A stretch of 64,000 bases of DNA, from the NCBI GenBank assembly GCA_963814585.1, contig CAWFDF010000008.1, positions 128,001 to 192,000 on the forward strand, given 5' to 3'. Below the pieces are notes generated by a model. It was given only the letters and a program-made list of their open reading frames with translations. It was not told where the DNA came from and did not search any database. Position 1 is the stretch's first letter, and every line of letters starts with the position of its first letter. This document shows, piece after piece, positions 57,962 through 64,000 of the stretch. The position numbers and the translations under genes are program-made. Origin of the DNA: an uncultured delta proteobacterium. Lineage in GTDB: Bacteria; Myxococcota; Myxococcia; Myxococcales; Anaeromyxobacteraceae.

Positions 57962-59158
57962 TCAGCCTTCCACGTGGCGGGGGTTGGCGACGCGCGGATC
58001 GGCGTCCATGGCCTTCTTCAGCTCCGCCAGCTGCTCGCGCTGCGCCCAGCCCGGCTCGGCGTAGACGTCCTCGAACAGCGACTCCACCGGAGGCCTGGGC
58101 GGGAGGGCCTCGGCCTCCCTGAGCGCCGCCTGGATCTCGATCCGGACCTCCTCGCGCAGCGCCTCGTCGCCGGCCTCGTCGAGGAGGCCGCGCGCCGCCA
58201 GCAGCTTCTGGACCCGCTGGATGGGATCCTTGCGCTTCCACGGCTCGACCACCTCGGCGGGCCGGTAGGCGCGCGGGTCGTCGGAGGTGGAGTGACCCTC
58301 CATCCGGTAGGTGACCAGCTCCAGCAGCGTCGGCCCCTCCCCGGCCGCCGCCCGCTGCCGGGCCCGCCGCGTGGCGGTCCACACCGCGACCAGGTCGTTG
58401 CCGTCCACCCGCTCGCCGCGCATGCCGTAGGCGATGGCCTTCTGGGCCATGGTCTCGGAGACGGTCTGGCTGGCCGAGGGCGTGCTGATGGCCCAGCCGT
58501 TGTTGCGGCAGGCGAAGAGCACCGGGACCTTCATGACGGCGGCGAAGTTGAGCCCGGTGTGGAAGTCGTGGGCGCTGGTGGAGCCGTCGCCGAAGAAGGC
58601 GACCGGGACCATGTCGTCCCCCTGGATCCGCGCCGCCCAGGAGGCCCCCACCGCCTGGGACAGCTGCGTGGCGATGGGCGAGCTGATGGAGACGAAGTGG
58701 CCTGGCGCCCAGGTCTCGTGGCAGGGCATCTGCCGGCCCTGGACGACGTCCCCGGAGTTGCCGAAGAGGTTGGCCATGAAGGTGACCAGCGGCAGGCCGC
58801 GCATGAGGGCGGCGCCGTGCTCGCGGTAGGAGGGGAAGATCCAGTCCTGCGGGTGGAGCGCCGCCACGGTGCCGAACACCGTCGCCTCCTCCCCGATGGC
58901 GCCGATGTAGAAGCCGATGCGCCCCTGGCGCTGCAGCGTGATCATCCGCTCGTCGAGCGAGCGCCCCAGCACCATCCAGCGGTAGAGGGCCAGCAGCTCC
59001 GCCTCCGGCATCTCCAGCTCGGCGCCGGCGACCAGCCGTCCCTCCTCGTCCACCACCCGGTAGACCGGGAACTCCTCCAGGAAGCGACCCGGGGCCCACT
59101 CCCTCGCCGTGCCGATGTCGGGGCGGACCCGGGCCCGGTGCGCCCGCTCCCGCCTCAT
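57962..59158 (-). CDS. 2-oxo acid dehydrogenase E1 alpha (branched-chain type likely)
   Basis: [27 protein letters not shown] ThDP motif, HSTSDDP. Confidence 0.93.
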   Translation of the reverse strand: MRRERAHRARVRPDIGTAREWAPGRFLEEFPVYRVVDEEGRLVAGAELEMPEAELLALYRWMVLGRSLDERMITLQRQGRIGFYIGAIGEEATVFGTVAALHPQDWIFPSYREHGAALMRGLPLVTFMANLFGNSGDVVQGRQMPCHETWAPGHFVSISSPIATQLSQAVGASWAARIQGDDMVPVAFFGDGSTSAHDFHTGLNFAAVMKVPVLFACRNNGWAISTPSASQTVSETMAQKAIAYGMRGERVDGNDLVAVWTATRRARQRAAAGEGPTLLELVTYRMEGHSTSDDPRAYRPAEVVEPWKRKDPIQRVQKLLAARGLLDEAGDEALREEVRIEIQAALREAEALPPRPPVESLFEDVYAEPGWAQREQLAELKKAMDADPRVANPRHVEG

Positions 59159-60156
59159 CGCGCCTCCACGGGGCCGGGCACCGGCCGCGCCGCCAGCTCG
59201 CCCCGGAGGAACAGCTCCGCGGCCCGGTAGGAGGAGCGGACCAGCGGGCCGCTGGCCACGTAGCGGAAGCCCAGGGCCAGCCCCTGCTGGCGCAGCGCCT
59301 CGAACCGCTCCGGCGGGACGAACTCGGCCACCGGCAGGTGCCAGGCGCTCGGCCGCAGGTACTGGCCCAGGGTCAGGATCTCCACGCCGTGGGCCCGCAG
59401 GTCGCGCATGGTCTCCACCACCTCGGCCTCGGCCTCGCCCAGCCCGACCATGATCGACGACTTGGTGACCACGCCGGGGAACTCGGCCTTCATGAGGGCC
59501 AGCACGTCGAGCGTCTGCTGGTAGCCGGCCCGGGCGTCCCGCACCACCGGGGTCAGCCGCCGCACCGTCTCGATGTTGTTGGCGAAGACGTCGGGCGCGG
59601 CTCGCCCCACGGTCCGGACGGCCTCGGCGTCCCCCTGGAAGTCGGGCGTCAGCACCTCGACCAGCAGGCCGGGGATGGCCTTGAGCCGCCGGATGGCGTC
59701 GGCGAAGTGGGCGGCACCGCCGTCGGGCAGGTCGTCGCGATCGACGCTGGTCACGACGATGTAGTCGAGCCCGAGCGCGGCCACCGCCTCGGCCAGGTGA
59801 CGCGGCTCGTCAGCGTCGAGCGCCGGCGGACGAGCGGCCGTCTTCACCTGGCAGAAGCGGCACCCGCGCGTGCAGGTGTCGCCCATCAGCATGACCGTGG
59901 CGGTCCCGCCCCCCCAGCACTCGCCGACGTTGGGGCAGTGGGCCTCGGCACAGACGGTGTGCAGCTTCAAGGTCGTGAGGGTGGCCTTGACCTGCTGGTA
60001 GCGCTCCCCGCCCGGCACCGGCACCCGGAGCCAGCGCGGCTTCGGGGCCTGGATGGGCAGTCCCTGACCCCACATCGAACTGGCCAGCTCGCGCCGGGAG
60101 CTCGGCCCCGGATCGGGACTGACGATTGGCAAGCGCTGGCGCGTGGTGCCGGACAT
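59155..60156 (-). CDS. lipA: Lipoyl synthase
   Basis: [25 protein letters not shown]. Confidence 0.97.
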   Translation of the reverse strand: MSGTTRQRLPIVSPDPGPSSRRELASSMWGQGLPIQAPKPRWLRVPVPGGERYQQVKATLTTLKLHTVCAEAHCPNVGECWGGGTATVMLMGDTCTRGCRFCQVKTAARPPALDADEPRHLAEAVAALGLDYIVVTSVDRDDLPDGGAAHFADAIRRLKAIPGLLVEVLTPDFQGDAEAVRTVGRAAPDVFANNIETVRRLTPVVRDARAGYQQTLDVLALMKAEFPGVVTKSSIMVGLGEAEAEVVETMRDLRAHGVEILTLGQYLRPSAWHLPVAEFVPPERFEALRQQGLALGFRYVASGPLVRSSYRAAELFLRGELAARPVPGPVEAR

Positions 60157-60168
60157 GGTGATGGCGGC

Positions 60169-60197
60169 GACTTATCCGCGACGGGCCCCGGGGTCAA
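60169..60197 (-). promoter_or_regulatory. Candidate promoter of the lipA-bkd operon
   Basis: TTGACC-17 nt-TAAGTC just upstream of lipA. Confidence 0.45.
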
Positions 60198-60238
60198 GGT
60201 TCAGAGGGGCCGTGGAGCGATGTTATGCTGGATTCCCG

Positions 60239-61237
60239 ATGACCGCCCAGGCACAGGCACCTGCCTCCGCGCTGCGCGACGCCCAGGGGCGGAGCATCAG
60301 CTACCTGCGGCTCTCGCTCACCGATCGCTGCAACTTCCGCTGCAGCTACTGCTCGCCGCTCTCGCTGGAGCACCACGAAGATCCGCTCACCCGCCCCGAG
60401 GTGGCGCGGCTCACCGGCATCTTCGCGTCGCTGGGCATCCGCCGCGTCCGCCTCACCGGCGGGGAGCCGACGCTGCGCCGCGACCTGGTGGAGATCGTCC
60501 GGGACGTGGCTGGCTGCCGCGGGATCGAGGAGGTGGCGCTCACCACCAACGGCCAGGCGCTGGCGGAGCTGGCCGGGCCGCTGCGCGCCGCCGGGGCCGC
60601 CCGCATCAACATCTCGCTCGACACCCTCCACCCGGAGCGGCTGGTGGCCATCTCCGGCCGCGCCGCCTCGCTCCAGCGCATCACCGAGGGGATCGCCGCG
60701 GCGGGGGCGGCTGGCTTCCTCTCGGTGAAGCTCAACGTGGTGGTGATGAAGGGCGTGAACGACGGCGAGCTGGCCGAGCTGGCCCGCTTCGGCTGGCGCC
60801 ACGGCGCCATCGTGCGCTTCATCGAGCTGATGCCCTTCGGGAAGGGGGTGCCGGTCCCGCTCGCCGAGGTGCGGCGGCTGCTCACGGCGCAGGGGCTGCG
60901 GCTGGAGCCCGACGCCACACGCGGCTGGGGGCCGGCCTCGCACATGCGTGGCTTCGGCGACGGGGCGCCGCCGGCGGGCGGCCTGCTCGGCTTCATCGGC
61001 GCCATGACCGAGAACTTCTGCGAGGGCTGCAACCGGGTCCGGGTCGCCGCCGACGGCTCGCTGCGCGCCTGCCTGGGCGGGCGCGACCAGGTGTCGCTCA
61101 AGGCGCTGCTGCGCGACGGCACGCCGGACGGGGCCATCGGCGCCCAGATCGTGGCCGCGCTGGGGCGGAAGTCAGAGCGCCACGAGATGGGCACCCCCGG
61201 GAACAAGCTGCTGCCGATGGTGGGGACGGGGGGGTAG
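60239..61237 (+). CDS. moaA: GTP 3',8-cyclase MoaA
   Basis: YLRLSLTDRCNFRCSYC, LTGGEP, FCEGCNRVR..C, C-terminal GG. Start at ATG 60239. Confidence 0.95.
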   Translation: MTAQAQAPASALRDAQGRSISYLRLSLTDRCNFRCSYCSPLSLEHHEDPLTRPEVARLTGIFASLGIRRVRLTGGEPTLRRDLVEIVRDVAGCRGIEEVALTTNGQALAELAGPLRAAGAARINISLDTLHPERLVAISGRAASLQRITEGIAAAGAAGFLSVKLNVVVMKGVNDGELAELARFGWRHGAIVRFIELMPFGKGVPVPLAEVRRLLTAQGLRLEPDATRGWGPASHMRGFGDGAPPAGGLLGFIGAMTENFCEGCNRVRVAADGSLRACLGGRDQVSLKALLRDGTPDGAIGAQIVAALGRKSERHEMGTPGNKLLPMVGTGG

Positions 61238-61283
61238 GCGGAGCCGGGGAGGCGGCGCGCCCTGCGGGACGCGCCAATCAGGC

Positions 61284-61703
61284 CTACGCGGCCGCCCCGT
61301 GCGGCTTCACGTTGGCGCGGATCCACTCCACCGTGGTCTGCGTGGTGGTGCCGGGCAGGAAGAGCTCGGCGACGCCCTTGGCCTTGAGCTTGGGCACGTC
61401 GTCCTGGGGGATGATGCCGCCGCCGAAGACCTGGATGTCCGAGGCCTTGTTCGCCGCCAGCAGCTCGATGACCGCCGGGAAGATGGTCATGTGCGCGCCG
61501 GAGAGGATGGAGAGGCCGACCGCGTCGACGTCCTCCTGGATGGCGGTGGCCACGATCATCTCCGGGGTCTGGTGCAGGCCGGTGTAGATGACCTCGATGC
61601 CGGCGTCGCGCAGCGCCCGGGCGATGATCTTGGCGCCGCGGTCGTGGCCGTCGAGGCCGGGCTTGGCAACCAGGATGCGGAGCTGACGGTTCACGGTGCT
61701 CAT
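61284..61703 (-). CDS. Cobalamin-binding small subunit of acyl-CoA mutase (IcmB-like)
   Basis: [25 protein letters not shown]. Confidence 0.93.
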   Translation of the reverse strand: MSTVNRQLRILVAKPGLDGHDRGAKIIARALRDAGIEVIYTGLHQTPEMIVATAIQEDVDAVGLSILSGAHMTIFPAVIELLAANKASDIQVFGGGIIPQDDVPKLKAKGVAELFLPGTTTQTTVEWIRANVKPHGAAA

Positions 61704-62443
61704 GGCTTCTCCAGCAGGGCGATGAGGTCTGGCGCCTCGGGTCCAGGCAGGCCGCCGGCAATCGTCGTGGTGCTCGTCACGTCCGTGAGGAGGAGCCCGG
61801 CGCGCCGCGCGAGGGGCTCCCACTCCGAGGGACTGTAGTACCTCAAATGGGCCGTCCCTTCCAGCCGGCTCCCGTCGGCGCGCAGCAGCCGCCGGGCGCA
61901 GCGATCCACGCCGGTCCGCGCGTCGAACTCGGAGACCTCCTCGACCACCCCGCCATCCGCCAGGGTCCGCCGGGCCTCGGCCCGCGGCTGGCGCGCCAGC
62001 GCCAGCGGGTTGGCGTGGTGGACCAGCAGCCGCCCGCCCCGCCGCAGCGGGCGGGCCGCCTCGCGCAGGACGGCCTCGTTCCCGGCCTCGTCGTACATGA
62101 AGAGCGAGGCGTACCAGGAGAAGGCGGCGTCGAAGCGCCCCTCCCGGAGCGGCAGGGCCCTCAGGTCGCCGCGCAGCCAGCCGACGCCCGCGGGCGGTGG
62201 ACCGGCGCGGCGCAGCGGCTCGGGCCAGCGCTCCAACCCGCAGCACCACCCCACCCGCCCGGCCAGCGCCCGCGCATGGCGGCCGTGGCCACAGCCCAGG
62301 TCGAGCAGCCGGTCGCTCCGCGCCAGCCCCATCAGCTCGGCGATCCGGGCCGCCTCGACGGCCGTGAGGCGCGCCGTCAGCAGGTCGACCGCCGTGGCCA
62401 GGTAGAGGTCGCCGCCGTAGTAGCCGTCGGTCCAGTCGCCCAC
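61700..62443 (-). CDS. Class I SAM-dependent methyltransferase
   Basis: [26 protein letters not shown] start inferred. Confidence 0.85.
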   Translation of the reverse strand: MGDWTDGYYGGDLYLATAVDLLTARLTAVEAARIAELMGLARSDRLLDLGCGHGRHARALAGRVGWCCGLERWPEPLRRAGPPPAGVGWLRGDLRALPLREGRFDAAFSWYASLFMYDEAGNEAVLREAARPLRRGGRLLVHHANPLALARQPRAEARRTLADGGVVEEVSEFDARTGVDRCARRLLRADGSRLEGTAHLRYYSPSEWEPLARRAGLLLTDVTSTTTIAGGLPGPEAPDLIALLEKP

Positions 62444-62474
62444 GCGCCCGCCCGCCTCCGCGCCGCCCGGGCCG

Positions 62475-64000
<1,526 letters not shown>

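Overview
Very GC-rich bacterial chromosome segment. Gene content and order suggest Myxococcota (Anaeromyxobacter-like); this is an inference. Most of it is core genome: the tRNA-tuf-rpmG-secE-nusG-rplKAJ cluster with an L10 leader, rlmB, rimK-like, dnaK, PIN-PhoH, a GAF-GGDEF cyclase, a Fur-box-preceded fur-feoB-Cys-rich-DtxR/FeoA operon, clpX, truA, gap-pgk-tpiA-secG, argS, aspartokinase, a lipA-bkd-lpdA-lipB operon, moaA and a split B12-dependent acyl-CoA mutase. There are seven tRNA genes. Four things stand out. (1) At 47.4-51.3 kb, a lasso-peptide-like RiPP cluster has a probable YxxPxL precursor, a B2 peptidase-RRE fusion in reversed domain order, an HPr-kinase-like enzyme and two lipoproteins, but no lasso cyclase in the window. 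(2) At 29.4-34.0 kb, a ubiquitin-like/sulfur-relay cluster has a MoaD/ThiS domain ending in an internal GG fused to a degenerate E1, next to a second E1 with intact motifs, a JAB protease, TusA, DsrE, CysC and LarE. (3) A glutaredoxin-like selenoprotein that the ORF track truncates at its UGA, ending ...GGT-U-GV-stop and followed by a SECIS-like hairpin. (4) The mutase carries isobutyryl-CoA mutase specificity residues and lies near a branched-chain keto-acid dehydrogenase operon. Several single-base frameshifts, very dense at 47.7-49.5 kb, are probably assembly errors and limit what can be read there. No CRISPR array or mobile element was seen. All calls come from reading motifs by eye; no searches were run.
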